Shown here: positions 8,481 through 18,459 of the stretch, piece by piece
How positions within the stretch are numbered: the first letter of the stretch is position 1
Layout: each line of letters opens with the position of its first letter
Assembly (NCBI GenBank): GCA_964564675.1
Contig: CAZMBI010000006.1
Span: forward strand, 30,991 to 94,990
Reading direction: 5' to 3'
Length of the DNA stretch: 64,000 nucleotides
Source of the DNA: an uncultured Azospirillaceae bacterium
GTDB taxonomy: Bacteria > Pseudomonadota > Alphaproteobacteria > Rickettsiales > UBA3002
Made by a program: the position numbers and the translations under genes
The notes under the pieces: model-generated
The model's input: only the letters and a program-made list of their open reading frames with translations
Database searches by the model: none
What the model was told of the DNA's origin: nothing

Positions 8481-10361
8481 ATGAAAAAAGTTCGCAAAGT
8501 CGCCCGTAAAAAGGCTTCTCAGATTGCTACGTCGTCTCCTCGTCAAGAGGAAACATCCTCCCCGCGTCAGGAGGCAGCAACCGAGTTGCCGCCGGAATAT
8601 GATCCGGCCACATTCACAGAAAATATGGCCGAGGCCGTCAGTCTTTGGCAACAGATTGTGCAGCGCACCACGCTGGGCTATATCAAAGATCCCGATATCA
8701 GTATCGGCCATGCTGATCCGCTGAATATCAGCGAGACATTCGCCAAGCTCGGCGCGCGCATGGCGACCAACCCGTATCAACTCTATGACGCGCAGATGGG
8801 CCTGTGGCGCCAGCACCTCAAGCTCTGGCATAACACCACCCAGCGCCTGCTGGGCAAACCCGGCGACGCGATGGAAGAAGTCACCGATCGCCGCTTCCGC
8901 GATGACGCGTGGGAAAACAGCGCGGTGTATGACTACATCAAACGCAGCTACCTGATTAACAGCGAATGGGTGCGCCAGACCGTGGGCAAGGTTGACGGGC
9001 TGGATCAGCACACCGCGCAAAAGGTGGACTTTTTCACGCGCCAGTTCCTTGATGCCGCCTCGCCTTCCAACTTCCTGCTGACCAATCCGGAAGTGCTGCG
9101 CACAACGCTGGAAAGTAACGGCAGCAACCTGGTGAAGGGCCTGCAGAATATGCTTGAGGATGTCGAAGACGGCGAGGGTAAGCTGCGCATCCGCATGACT
9201 AATACCGAAGCCTTCGAGCTCGGCGAAAATATCGCCTGCACGCCCGGCAAAGTCGTCTATGAGAATGACCTAATGCAGGTGATTCAGTATACGCCGTCAA
9301 CAGAGACCGTCTATGAAACCCCGCTTTTGATTATCCCGGCCTGGATCAACAAATATTATGTGCTCGATTTGCGACCAAAAAATTCGCTGGTGCGCTGGCT
9401 GGTTGAGCGCGGCTACACCGTTTTCATGATCTCCTGGGTCAACCCGGATGAAACGCTGGGGCGCAAACATTTTGAGGATTATCTGCAGGAAGGTCCGCTC
9501 ACCGCGCTGGATGTCATTCAGCATATAACCGGGCAACAGACGGTTAATGTCACCGGCTATTGTCTGGGCGGAACGCTGCTGGCTTCAATGCTGGCATATC
9601 TGCGCGCGCACGGTGAGGCAAATCGCGTGGGTGCGGCCACCTATCTGACCACGATGGTCGATTTCTCCGAGGCCGGCGAACTTGGCGTGTTTATCGATGA
9701 CGAGCAGATTGAAAGCCTGGAAAACCGCATGAGCAGCAAAGGATTTTTAGAGGGGCGCGATTTGTCGACCACCTTCAATATGCTGCGTGCTAATGATCTG
9801 ATCTGGTCGTTTGTTGTCAATAATTATCTTCTGGGTAAAGACCCCTTCCCGTTTGATATCCTGTACTGGAATTCGGATTCCACGCGCATGCCTGCCACCA
9901 TGCACAGCTATTATCTGCGCAACATGTATCAGAAAAACCTGCTGGTCAAACCCGGCGGTCTGGAACTGCTCGACACGCCGATTAACATCACCAAGATCGA
10001 AACGCCAACCTATATTCTATCGACCAAAGATGATCATATCGCACCATGGCAATCAACCTATGCCGCCACCCAGGTCTATGACGGACCGATTACGTTTGTG
10101 CTGGCGCAATCAGGGCATATTGCCGGGGTTATCAATCCGCCGAGCAAGAAGAAATATGGCTATTGGGTGAATGACGACCTGCCACTGCGCCCGGACGCGT
10201 GGCTGGCGGATGCCAAACTGATCGATGCGTCCTGGTGGTATCACTGGCATGACTGGCTGCGGCGCCTGAGCGGGAAGAAAGTGAAAGCGCGCAAACCGGG
10301 AAGCCGTAAATATAAGCCGATTGAAGACGCGCCCGGCGCCTATGCCCGCATTCATGTTTAG
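8481..10361 (+). CDS. phaC: class I poly(R)-hydroxyalkanoate synthase
   Basis: DRRF..AW, SPSNFLLTNP, PAWINKYYVLDL, lipase box GYCLGG, DHIAPW and SGHIAG. Start refined to ATG 8481. Confidence 0.95.
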   Translation: MKKVRKVARKKASQIATSSPRQEETSSPRQEAATELPPEYDPATFTENMAEAVSLWQQIVQRTTLGYIKDPDISIGHADPLNISETFAKLGARMATNPYQLYDAQMGLWRQHLKLWHNTTQRLLGKPGDAMEEVTDRRFRDDAWENSAVYDYIKRSYLINSEWVRQTVGKVDGLDQHTAQKVDFFTRQFLDAASPSNFLLTNPEVLRTTLESNGSNLVKGLQNMLEDVEDGEGKLRIRMTNTEAFELGENIACTPGKVVYENDLMQVIQYTPSTETVYETPLLIIPAWINKYYVLDLRPKNSLVRWLVERGYTVFMISWVNPDETLGRKHFEDYLQEGPLTALDVIQHITGQQTVNVTGYCLGGTLLASMLAYLRAHGEANRVGAATYLTTMVDFSEAGELGVFIDDEQIESLENRMSSKGFLEGRDLSTTFNMLRANDLIWSFVVNNYLLGKDPFPFDILYWNSDSTRMPATMHSYYLRNMYQKNLLVKPGGLELLDTPINITKIETPTYILSTKDDHIAPWQSTYAATQVYDGPITFVLAQSGHIAGVINPPSKKKYGYWVNDDLPLRPDAWLADAKLIDASWWYHWHDWLRRLSGKKVKARKPGSRKYKPIEDAPGAYARIHV

Positions 10362-10393
10362 GGGAGACTATTGAATCCATCGGCTTTTAGCGC

Positions 10394-10478
10394 GCCATCC
10401 CCGCAAAAGCGCGGATCGTACCCAAGTAAGCGTATGACGCCACAAGATTCCCGCCTTCGCTAAATGCCGGAATGGGGC
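10394..10478. repeat. degenerate REP/RPE-like palindromic element
   Basis: gccatccccgcaaaagcgcggatc...gattcccgccttcgc...cggaatggggc resembles GTCATTCCCGCGAAAGCGGGAATC...GATTCCCGCCTTCGCGGGAATGAC. Confidence 0.6.
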
Positions 10479-10512
10479 AGGAGCCGACGTATATCATGGT
10501 CTTTAGGGGCCG

Positions 10513-11778
10513 TTAGCTGCGCTCCAGTTCGGCCGGAGCCGACTGGCGTTGCTGCTCGCGCTCAGCAAAGCTCAATGGCTGCTCGTTACTGCGCGGGACG
10601 AAACGTTCGGCGAATCCCGGCACATTATCGTTTGCCGGACGCGCCGCCCGCTCGCGCTTATACTGCAGGCGCTGGCTGTCGCGCTGCAATTCCTCTTCCG
10701 ATCGGTTCTGTTCGCTTAAACCCTGGGCCAGCTCCTCAGAGAGCGCCTGCAGCGTATCTTTTTCGACTTTGCGTAGTTGCGGTCTGGGCAGGCGCGGCAC
10801 GCCCGAGGCACGACCGACCGCGGCAAAGGCCAGTTCGTCGGCTTCGATCTGCCCGTTGTTCAAATCGGCGGTCAGTGAAGCCACCGTGCGCGGTACACGC
10901 CGCGGGTCATTATAAGGCCGGCCATAAACCGACAGCACCTCCTGCTGTTCGTCGGCCGAGAGCTTATAATAGGGTTTGTCGTAAATCGCCTCGATCATGG
11001 TGCTTAAACCCGGATTAGCCGCAACAAACACGCCGAAGACCTGCTCCTTGGTGATCGTGCGGCTGCGGTTCATGTCCCTACGGATATCCCTGATCTGCTC
11101 ATGCGCCGTTTTCTGGTTGAGGCCTAACAGCCCTTCGGCCAGCCGGTCCAGCGTGGAATTAATCAGGTTAAGCACGGTTCCGCTAAACAACACCGCGGTC
11201 AGGATAGGCGCACTCTGCCCCGCTGGCTGGAATCCCAGCATGGTGCTGGCACTATTGGCGAGGGACTGAATATTGCCGATAACATGCTCCTGGACGAAGG
11301 GTAATTGAGCAAAGCCCATGAACGCGCCCACGGTAATGGCGGCCGCCCCGCCGAGCGTGATCATGCGCAGCAATTGCCGGCTGCTCTCGCGGTCACGCGC
11401 CTGTTCCAACACCGGATTGGCGCGTACGCCTTTCTGCGGGCTGCCGTCAGCGACTTCGTGCAGATGTTCCCGTGTGACCTCTTTTTCCGGCACACCGACC
11501 TGGGCGGCGATTTCGTTGCGGTACTCATCGACCAGCCGCTCTTCAACCGCCTTTTGTTTGCGGTGCCCGATATAATATTGCACCGGCACGGTAAGCCCCA
11601 GCATTATGCCGAAAGCCGACCAGGCCGCGGTGGCATCAAATCCGGCTGTAGCTGACGGCTCGAATCCGAAGCCGACCGCCAATAAAAACGGCACCACGCC
11701 CAGCGTTAATACCTGACGCGAACTCAGATAAATCAGCTGATTTTTAAACCAGCTATTCAGGCGTGATAAAATGTCCAT
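10513..11778 (-). CDS. orphan membrane protein (two hydrophobic hairpins, charged C-terminal tail)
   Basis: 421-aa ORF with about 4 hydrophobic segments. Ends GFAERF...SFAEREQQRQSAPAELERS. Confidence 0.8.
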   Translation of the reverse strand: MDILSRLNSWFKNQLIYLSSRQVLTLGVVPFLLAVGFGFEPSATAGFDATAAWSAFGIMLGLTVPVQYYIGHRKQKAVEERLVDEYRNEIAAQVGVPEKEVTREHLHEVADGSPQKGVRANPVLEQARDRESSRQLLRMITLGGAAAITVGAFMGFAQLPFVQEHVIGNIQSLANSASTMLGFQPAGQSAPILTAVLFSGTVLNLINSTLDRLAEGLLGLNQKTAHEQIRDIRRDMNRSRTITKEQVFGVFVAANPGLSTMIEAIYDKPYYKLSADEQQEVLSVYGRPYNDPRRVPRTVASLTADLNNGQIEADELAFAAVGRASGVPRLPRPQLRKVEKDTLQALSEELAQGLSEQNRSEEELQRDSQRLQYKRERAARPANDNVPGFAERFVPRSNEQPLSFAEREQQRQSAPAELERS

Positions 11779-11839
11779 AACGGTTCCTGCCCGGATACAG
11801 TTTCCGGCACATTTACAGCCTACGTGAAGTTGGGCAGGG

Positions 11840-11872
11840 TTTAATGACGATTATGTGACAATTGTATGAAAT
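11840..11872 (-). promoter_or_regulatory. Pho-box-like triple 11-bp direct repeat
   Basis: Minus strand reads ATTTCATACAA TTGTCACATAA TCGTCATTAAA, about 60 nt upstream of the 11778 start. Confidence 0.6.
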
Positions 11873-11880
11873 ATCAGCTT

Positions 11881-12396
11881 TTAGCGATAACGCTGGGCCA
11901 GCGCAACATAATGTGCCGCCGAATCGGGTATATAATCGATCTCTTCCCGGCTCATCGCGCGGAAGCGCCTGGCCGGGTTGCCCGCCCAGATCTCACCGCC
12001 GGGCACGCTTTTTTGCGGCGTCAGCAGGGCGCCGGCCGCCAGCATGCCGCCGCTTTGCACCACGGCGTGATCCATCACCGTGGCGCGCATACCGACAAAA
12101 CTGCCGTCTTCCAGCGTGCAGGCATGGATGACTGCGGCATGCCCGATGGTCACGCCATCACCGATCGTGGTCGGCCCGGTTTCCCGCGTGACATGGACGA
12201 TGGTGCCGTCCTGGATGTTGGTGCGCTCGCCGATGCGGATCGTCTGCACATCGCCGCGAATGACACAGCCGAACCAGATATTGCTGTCTTTACCGATCGT
12301 GACATCGCCGACAATGACGGCATTCGGTGCCACCCACGCCTCGGGATGAATGGTGGGCGTTATGCCCTGATAGGGAATGGTCACAGGGTACCCCAT
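11881..12396 (-). CDS. gamma carbonic anhydrase family protein
   Basis: Hexapeptide repeats, IRGDV, TNIQDG, VH and IGHAAVIHAC His ligands, and GNPAR. Confidence 0.93.
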   Translation of the reverse strand: MGYPVTIPYQGITPTIHPEAWVAPNAVIVGDVTIGKDSNIWFGCVIRGDVQTIRIGERTNIQDGTIVHVTRETGPTTIGDGVTIGHAAVIHACTLEDGSFVGMRATVMDHAVVQSGGMLAAGALLTPQKSVPGGEIWAGNPARRFRAMSREEIDYIPDSAAHYVALAQRYR

Positions 12397-12468
12397 AGCG
12401 TTTTTTCCGTTGATCCACGCGGTCCGATACTAAACGCTATGGGGCAAATGAGAAATGAAAAACAGCGA

Positions 12469-13506
12469 TCAGGGGGTAAGCGCCGTACCCGCCAGAGCGG
12501 TCTGTTCCGGCATACCGAACATCACGTTCATGTTCTGCACCGCCTGCCCGGCCGCGCCTTTGACCAGATTATCGATCACCGAGACCAGAATCGTCTGACC
12601 TGAACGGCGGTCGGGCGCGACACTGATATGGCAGGCATTGGTGCCGCGCACGGCATGCGTTGTGGGCACCGTACCGTGCGGGCAGATATGGATGAACGGT
12701 TCGTCACCGTAGACTGACTGCAGCTGCGCCCGGATGGAAGCCGCCTCGCCCGTGACATGGATGGTGGCGCTGATGCCGCGATTCATCGGCACCAGATGCG
12801 GCGTAAAGCTCAGCGTGAGCGGTGCGCCAGCGGCGTCGCCGAGCACCTGTTCGATTTCGGCGACGTGACGGTGCCCGCCCACGCCGTAGGCTTTCACGCC
12901 TTCGGCTACCTCGCTGAATAACATGGATTGCGTCACTTTCCGCCCAGCGCCTGACACCCCCGACATGGCACTGACAATAATCGCCGCCGGATCGATCAGC
13001 TGCGCCTGCACGAGGGGTAAAAGCGGCAACAGGACCGCCGTCGGGTAACAGCCCGGATTGGCCACCAGCCGCGCCGTGTGAACCGCATCGCGGGCATGTT
13101 CGGTCAGCCCGTATACCGCCTGCGTCTGCAGGTGCGGCGCCTGATGGGCATGACCATACCATTCGGCATAGGCGTGTGGATCGGATAATCGGAAATCGGC
13201 TGATAGATCAATAACCCTGTTGGATGCCGGCAAACCAGCAATAATCGCTTGCGTGGTCCCGTGCGGCAGGCAGCAAAACACCAGATCGATCGCGTGATAA
13301 TCCACCGTGTCGTGAGTGACAAGCGGCAGGTCATAAGCAGCCGCCAGCTGCGGAAAGACGTCACCGATGGCTTTGCCGGCCTGCGAATCGCCGGTCAGCG
13401 CCTTAATCCGTGCTCCGGGGTGATGCGCCAGCAGGCGCAGCAGCTCCGCCCCGGTATAGCCCGAAGCACCGAGAATGGCGATGGTGATGGGATGCGCTGT
13501 GACCAT
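12469..13506 (-). CDS. argC: N-acetyl-gamma-glutamyl-phosphate reductase
   Basis: GASGYTG, DLSADFRL, NPGCYPT, SGVSGAG and DNLVKGAAGQAVQNMN. Confidence 0.97.
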   Translation of the reverse strand: MVTAHPITIAILGASGYTGAELLRLLAHHPGARIKALTGDSQAGKAIGDVFPQLAAAYDLPLVTHDTVDYHAIDLVFCCLPHGTTQAIIAGLPASNRVIDLSADFRLSDPHAYAEWYGHAHQAPHLQTQAVYGLTEHARDAVHTARLVANPGCYPTAVLLPLLPLVQAQLIDPAAIIVSAMSGVSGAGRKVTQSMLFSEVAEGVKAYGVGGHRHVAEIEQVLGDAAGAPLTLSFTPHLVPMNRGISATIHVTGEAASIRAQLQSVYGDEPFIHICPHGTVPTTHAVRGTNACHISVAPDRRSGQTILVSVIDNLVKGAAGQAVQNMNVMFGMPEQTALAGTALTP

Positions 13507-13521
13507 AAGCCTGCCCGCAAG

Positions 13522-13591
13522 CCGTCATGTCCGCGCAAGCAGGAATCCGGAGGTTTGCGGCTCGCGATTCCAGCTTCCGCCGGAATAACGG
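13522..13591. repeat. REP/RPE-like palindromic element ('VIPAEAGI...DSCLR' type)
   Basis: ccgtcatgtccgcgcaagcaggaatcc...gattccagcttccgccggaataacgg, a double-hairpin inverted repeat between rpsI and argC. Confidence 0.8.
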
Positions 13592-13599
13592 AAACCCGG

Positions 13600-14034
13600 T
13601 TAACGTTTCGAGAATTGGAAGCTACGGCGGGCTTTACGGCGGCCGTATTTTTTACGCTCCACCACGCGGCTGTCACGCGTCAGGAAACCGCCCTGGCGCA
13701 GCGCCTTGTGGAAGTTCGGATCATAATCATCCAGCGCGCGGCTGATACCGTGACGCACCGCCCCGGCCTGACCGGACAGGCCGCCGCCTTTGACGGTACA
13801 ATACACATCGAACTTCGATTCGCTGCCAACGGCGTGAAAGGGCTGGTTGATGATCATGCGCAGGGTCGGGCGCGCAAAATAACTCGTGACATCGCGACCG
13901 TTCACTTCAATCTTGCCGGAGCCGCGCTTCACCCACACGCGGGCGACGGAATCCTTACGGCGACCGGTGCCATAGGCACGGCCTTTGGCATCCAGTTGCG
14001 GTTCACGCGGGGTGGTCTCTTCAGCAGCGCTCAT
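13600..14034 (-). CDS. rpsI: 30S ribosomal protein S9
   Basis: [31 protein letters not shown] and C-terminal RRSFQFSKR. Confidence 0.98.
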   Translation of the reverse strand: MSAAEETTPREPQLDAKGRAYGTGRRKDSVARVWVKRGSGKIEVNGRDVTSYFARPTLRMIINQPFHAVGSESKFDVYCTVKGGGLSGQAGAVRHGISRALDDYDPNFHKALRQGGFLTRDSRVVERKKYGRRKARRSFQFSKR

Positions 14035-14501
14035 GCGGCCCTCTTATTCTTTGGGTTCATTGCAGCAAAATCAATCGGCTGTGGCTTTTGCGCCGCGTGC
14101 GGATGCTCGGCACCGGGATAGACCCGCAACTTACGGAACTGACCCCGCGCCAGCGGCGATTCTTTCGGCAGCATACGCTCAACCGCTTTTTCGATCACAC
14201 GCTCGGGGAAGCGCCCCTGCAGGATTTTTTCCGCCGACGTGCCCTTAATACCGCCCGGATGGCCGGTGTGATAATAGTACATCTTGTCCTGCTGTTTGCG
14301 ATAGCCGGTCAGTTTGACTTTATCCGCGTTGATAATAATGACGTGATCACCGCAGTCCACATGTGGGGTGAATACGGGCTTGTGCTTACCGCGCAGCAGC
14401 TTGGCGACATGGGAGGCCAGACGGCCCAAAACCACGCCTTCCGCATCTATCACCCACCAGTCCGCTTTTATGTCATGCGGCTTTGCCGAATAAGTTTTCA
14501 T
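14031..14501 (-). CDS. rplM: 50S ribosomal protein L13
   Basis: MKTYSAK, GRLAS and [17 protein letters not shown]. Start refined to 14501. Confidence 0.98.
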   Translation of the reverse strand: MKTYSAKPHDIKADWWVIDAEGVVLGRLASHVAKLLRGKHKPVFTPHVDCGDHVIIINADKVKLTGYRKQQDKMYYYHTGHPGGIKGTSAEKILQGRFPERVIEKAVERMLPKESPLARGQFRKLRVYPGAEHPHAAQKPQPIDFAAMNPKNKRAA

Positions 14502-14543
14502 TTTTATCAGCTCAAAATTGCGATTACTCAGTCGAGGCAGGGA

Positions 14544-14572
14544 AAAATAGGCAATTGCCCTGAGCCTGTCAA
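14544..14572 (-). promoter_or_regulatory. sigma70 promoter of rplM-rpsI
   Basis: TTGACA-N17-TATTTT on the minus strand. Confidence 0.7.
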
Positions 14573-14594
14573 TCACTAAATGCGCCTGCGCCGT

Positions 14595-15065
14595 TCAGGC
14601 CGGCTGATTAGCGAATAAGCGGAACCAGGCACCGCCCAGTACCGCATGAATCCCGCTATCCGGCGGGCCGCCCAGCGGCATCAGCGCCTGACGGTATTTC
14701 ACGATCACACCGCCCGGATTGGTGTATTCCCCTTCGTCAATCAGCGGGTCTCCGGTCCTGATCACTTCCTCGAACAGATGGGCGGCACGGTGCGCATCCG
14801 GTGAGATCATCTTACCGTTATAGCGATCGAGCTGGCCTTCTTCATAGGCACGCAGTAAATCGCTGCCCAGATAGGTGTAGTTGTAATAGCGGACTGCTTT
14901 TACATCCCGAATTTGTAACAGGAAACAATGGTCCCAGATTTGACTGAGCTGCTCCGGGTCGATTTCCGTTTCGTCCGGAAAGGCGCGGTCACCCCGCAAC
15001 TGGTTCCAGTACTGCAGCAAAATCAGGCTGGTGCGCCGTTCAACGCCTTGTGCTTCTAACGCCAT
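14595..15065 (-). CDS. stand-alone PAS-domain protein (PAS_5-like)
   Basis: LLQYWNQLRGDRAFP...IDPEQL and YRQALMPLG, a pattern typical of alphaproteobacterial PAS_5 proteins. Confidence 0.8.
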   Translation of the reverse strand: MALEAQGVERRTSLILLQYWNQLRGDRAFPDETEIDPEQLSQIWDHCFLLQIRDVKAVRYYNYTYLGSDLLRAYEEGQLDRYNGKMISPDAHRAAHLFEEVIRTGDPLIDEGEYTNPGGVIVKYRQALMPLGGPPDSGIHAVLGGAWFRLFANQPA

Positions 15066-15156
15066 AAGGATTCACGTTAACGGTTACTCATAAAAAAAAG
15101 TTTAATTGCTGGCAGGATTTAATACAACTTTTAGTTTTATTTTATATATTGGGTAA

Positions 15157-15963
15157 TTAGCCGTAACGTCCTGATATATACTGTTTTGTCTGGGTTTCCT
15201 GTGGATCTTTAAAGATTTGTTCCGTGGTCCCGTATTCATACACCCTGCCTAGATGAAAAAAAGCGGTGCGCGAGGAGACACGCTGCGCCTGCTGCATCGA
15301 ATGGGTGACGATGATGATGGTGTAATTGGTCTTCAGTTCGTCGATTAACGCCTCGATCTTGCCGGTAGCGATCGGATCCAGCGCCGAGCAGGGCTCGTCC
15401 ATCAAAATCACCTCCGGGCCCACTGCAATCGCCCGCGCGATACACAGGCGCTGCTGCTGGCCGCCGGAAAGGCCCGTGCCCGGCTCTTTAAGGCGGTCTT
15501 TGACTTCATCCCACAGCGCAGCGCGGCGCAGGCTCTGCTCGACCACCTCGTTCTGTTCGGCTTTGCTGCAGGCCAGCCCGTGCAGGCGCGGACCATAGAC
15601 CACATTGTCATAAATCGATTTGGGAAAGGGGTTGGGCTTTTGAAACACCATGCCTACCCGCGCCCGCAACAATACCGCATCCAGGCCGGGATCATAGATA
15701 TTCTTGCCGTCCAGCATGATGCGGCCTTCCACCCGGCAGCCTTCAATGGCGTCGTTCATGCGGTTGATACAGCGCAGAAAGGTGGATTTGCCACAGCCCG
15801 AAGGCCCGATCAGCGCCGTCACCGCGCGCCGGGGAATATCCAGCGACACCTCATACAGGGCCTGCTTGTCGCCGTAAAACACGTTGACGCCCTCGGAGAC
15901 GACTTTGGCTTCAATGGCGTGATCACGGTGTAATGTCTGCACGTCGGGCATGCGGGCTACCAT
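15157..15963 (-). CDS. pstB: phosphate ABC transporter ATPase
   Basis: [37 protein letters not shown] and DEPCSALDP. Confidence 0.97.
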   Translation of the reverse strand: MVARMPDVQTLHRDHAIEAKVVSEGVNVFYGDKQALYEVSLDIPRRAVTALIGPSGCGKSTFLRCINRMNDAIEGCRVEGRIMLDGKNIYDPGLDAVLLRARVGMVFQKPNPFPKSIYDNVVYGPRLHGLACSKAEQNEVVEQSLRRAALWDEVKDRLKEPGTGLSGGQQQRLCIARAIAVGPEVILMDEPCSALDPIATGKIEALIDELKTNYTIIIVTHSMQQAQRVSSRTAFFHLGRVYEYGTTEQIFKDPQETQTKQYISGRYG

Positions 15964-17168
15964 TTGATTTCAAATTTGCGGCGCAGATATATCGCTGTCG
16001 CGTTCATCGCGAGCAGCATCATAAGCAGCACGATACTGCCCGTCGAGGTTTTTTCGATAAAGCCAATTTCAGGGCTGGACGCCCAGATATAAATCTGCAC
16101 CGGCATGGCGGTGGCCGGGTCAAGCAAGCCGCCCGGCACATCGACAATAAAGGCGACCATGCCGATCATCAAAAGCGGCGCCGTCTCGCCGATGGCGCGC
16201 GCCATGCCCAGTATGGCGCCGGTCATAATGCCGGGCAAGCTGTAGGGCAACACATGATGCGCCACCACCTGCAGGCGTGAAGCACCCAGCCCGCGCGCCG
16301 CTTCGCGCAGTGAGGGCGGCACCGCCTTCAGCGCCACGCGTGCGCTGATAATAATCACCGGCAGGGTCATCAGTGCCAGGGTCAGCCCGCCTACCAGCGC
16401 CGAGGAGCGGGACAGTTCAAAGAAATTGAGAAACACCGCCAACCCGAGCAACCCGAAAATGATCGAGGGCACAGCCGCCAGATTATTGATGTTGACCTCG
16501 ATGATGCGGGTAAACATGTTATTGGGGGCGAATTCCTCAAGATAGATGGCGCTGAGCACGCCGAGAAATAACGAAACACACAAACAAACCGCCAGCGCGA
16601 AAAACGAGCCGACCATGCTGCCCCAAAAGCCGGCGATTTCCGGCTCGCGGGAATCGCCGCGTGTGAAAAACCAGCTGTTCCATGTGCTGCTGATGTGATC
16701 CTGCGCGCCTAACTGCTCAATCCAGCCCACCTGCCGTTCGCTAAGCCCGGCGGCGACACCGCGCTTGAGGTATTGATCCACCGCATCATCAAGCAGTAAA
16801 AAGGCTTCGGATTCTCCCGCTTCGGCGGCCTGCGCCAGCTGCCCCGCCGCCGCGCTGCTGAGCATGCCGGCCAGTTCACGCCGGGCGCGCCGGTCCGCTT
16901 CCATGTCGCCTAAGCGGGCTTGCAGGGCAGCAATGGCCGCGCTGGTGGGGTTGGTCGCCGCTTTTGCTTTGACATCGGCGGTAAGCGGCACGTTCACCCC
17001 GTACTGAATGAAGCCGGGCAGGCCTGGCGTGATGATACTGACCAGCAGATAGACCAGCGCCAGCACGGCCAGTCCGATCGCCACGCGACCATACCACCGA
17101 AAGCGCGTCTCGGCGCGGTGGCGGCGCGTCAGTCTCGCTTTCAGTCGTGTTTCCTGCTCAGGCGTCAT
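15957..17168 (-). CDS. pstA: phosphate ABC transporter permease PstA
   Basis: [23 protein letters not shown] and RAIGETAPL. Confidence 0.95.
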   Translation of the reverse strand: MTPEQETRLKARLTRRHRAETRFRWYGRVAIGLAVLALVYLLVSIITPGLPGFIQYGVNVPLTADVKAKAATNPTSAAIAALQARLGDMEADRRARRELAGMLSSAAAGQLAQAAEAGESEAFLLLDDAVDQYLKRGVAAGLSERQVGWIEQLGAQDHISSTWNSWFFTRGDSREPEIAGFWGSMVGSFFALAVCLCVSLFLGVLSAIYLEEFAPNNMFTRIIEVNINNLAAVPSIIFGLLGLAVFLNFFELSRSSALVGGLTLALMTLPVIIISARVALKAVPPSLREAARGLGASRLQVVAHHVLPYSLPGIMTGAILGMARAIGETAPLLMIGMVAFIVDVPGGLLDPATAMPVQIYIWASSPEIGFIEKTSTGSIVLLMMLLAMNATAIYLRRKFEIKW

Positions 17169-18400
17169 TCATATTGCTCCCGGTAGCGGCGCACGATTTC
17201 CAGCGCGATGATGTTCAGTATCAGGGTAAAGACAAACAGCGTCAGGCCGAGGGCAAAGGCGGCCAACGTCTTAGCGCTGTCAAATTCCTGATCGCCCACC
17301 AGCAGCGTCACAATCTGCACGGTCACCGTGGTTACCGCCTCGAACGGATTGGCGGTGAGATTAGCCGCCATCCCGGCGGCCATGACCACGATCATAGTCT
17401 CGCCCAAGGCGCGTGAGATGGCGAGTAAGATACCGCCCATAATGCCGGGCAGCGCCGCCGGCAGCACCACCCGGCGGATGGTCTCCGAGCGTGTGGCGCC
17501 CAGCCCCATACTCGCCACGCGCAGCGTGCTGGGCACAGCGGTGATGACATCATCGGTAATCGAAGAAATAAAGGGAATAATCATCACGCCCATCACCAGG
17601 CCGGCGGCCAGCGCACTTTCGGAGGCCACATCGAGGCCGAATTGCTCGCCGAACGCCTTGATCAGCGGCGCCACCGATAAAATGGCGAAAAACCCATATA
17701 CTACGGTGGGAATACCGGCGAGCACCTCCAGCGCCGGCTTGATGATATTGCGCCAGCGGGCGCCGGCATATTCTGCTGTGTAAATCGCCGCAAACAGGCC
17801 GACAGGAACCGCCACACACATGGCGATGAGCATGATCAGCGCCGTACCGGCAAATAACGGCACCGCGCCGAAGGCCCCCGAGGCACCCGCCTGATCGGCA
17901 CGCAGCGCGGTTTGCGGGCTCCATTGCATGCCGAACAAGAAATCATCCAGCGGCACTTTGTTAAAAAAGCGGATCGACTCGCCCAGCACCGACAACACGA
18001 TCGCCAGCGTAATCAGAACCGACAGCGCGGCACAAGCGATCAACACTGCCTGCATCACGCGCTCTACCCGGTTACGTGCTTTAAAGGCGGTGGAAATCCG
18101 GCGGATACTGGCCTGCGCCCCGATCACGGCGACCGCAAAAGCCAGCACGGCCAGCCCAACCTGCTGTGAAATAGCTGCCGGCGGCTGCCATAGCTGAATG
18201 ACATAATACAGGATTGCCGCCGGAAACACCCCGACCAACACAGCCCACCAGCCATGGTAAAACGGCAGGGAATGCAGGCGCTCCCCGCTGGCCTGAATCA
18301 GCAGCCGGGCTTTGGATCTAGCGGTGTAAAAGGCATAAAGGCCCAGCCCGGCAAAACCGAGCATAGCTATCCACGGTATCCATGCGCCCCATCCGCTCAT
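17165..18400 (-). CDS. pstC: phosphate ABC transporter permease PstC
   Basis: LAGIPTVVYGFFA and SRALGETMIV. Confidence 0.95.
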   Translation of the reverse strand: MSGWGAWIPWIAMLGFAGLGLYAFYTARSKARLLIQASGERLHSLPFYHGWWAVLVGVFPAAILYYVIQLWQPPAAISQQVGLAVLAFAVAVIGAQASIRRISTAFKARNRVERVMQAVLIACAALSVLITLAIVLSVLGESIRFFNKVPLDDFLFGMQWSPQTALRADQAGASGAFGAVPLFAGTALIMLIAMCVAVPVGLFAAIYTAEYAGARWRNIIKPALEVLAGIPTVVYGFFAILSVAPLIKAFGEQFGLDVASESALAAGLVMGVMIIPFISSITDDVITAVPSTLRVASMGLGATRSETIRRVVLPAALPGIMGGILLAISRALGETMIVVMAAGMAANLTANPFEAVTTVTVQIVTLLVGDQEFDSAKTLAAFALGLTLFVFTLILNIIALEIVRRYREQYE

Positions 18401-18459
18401 GGAGCAGGGTTATAGTGCAGTCGGTTAGCGCTGTAAAGCGAGGAGGACCGGTCTGCTGT

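Noticed and set aside
15066-15156. Near-CtrA boxes (TTAA-N7-TTTA, twice) upstream of the PAS gene
   Set aside because: Both are mismatched and lie in very AT-rich DNA where chance matches are likely.
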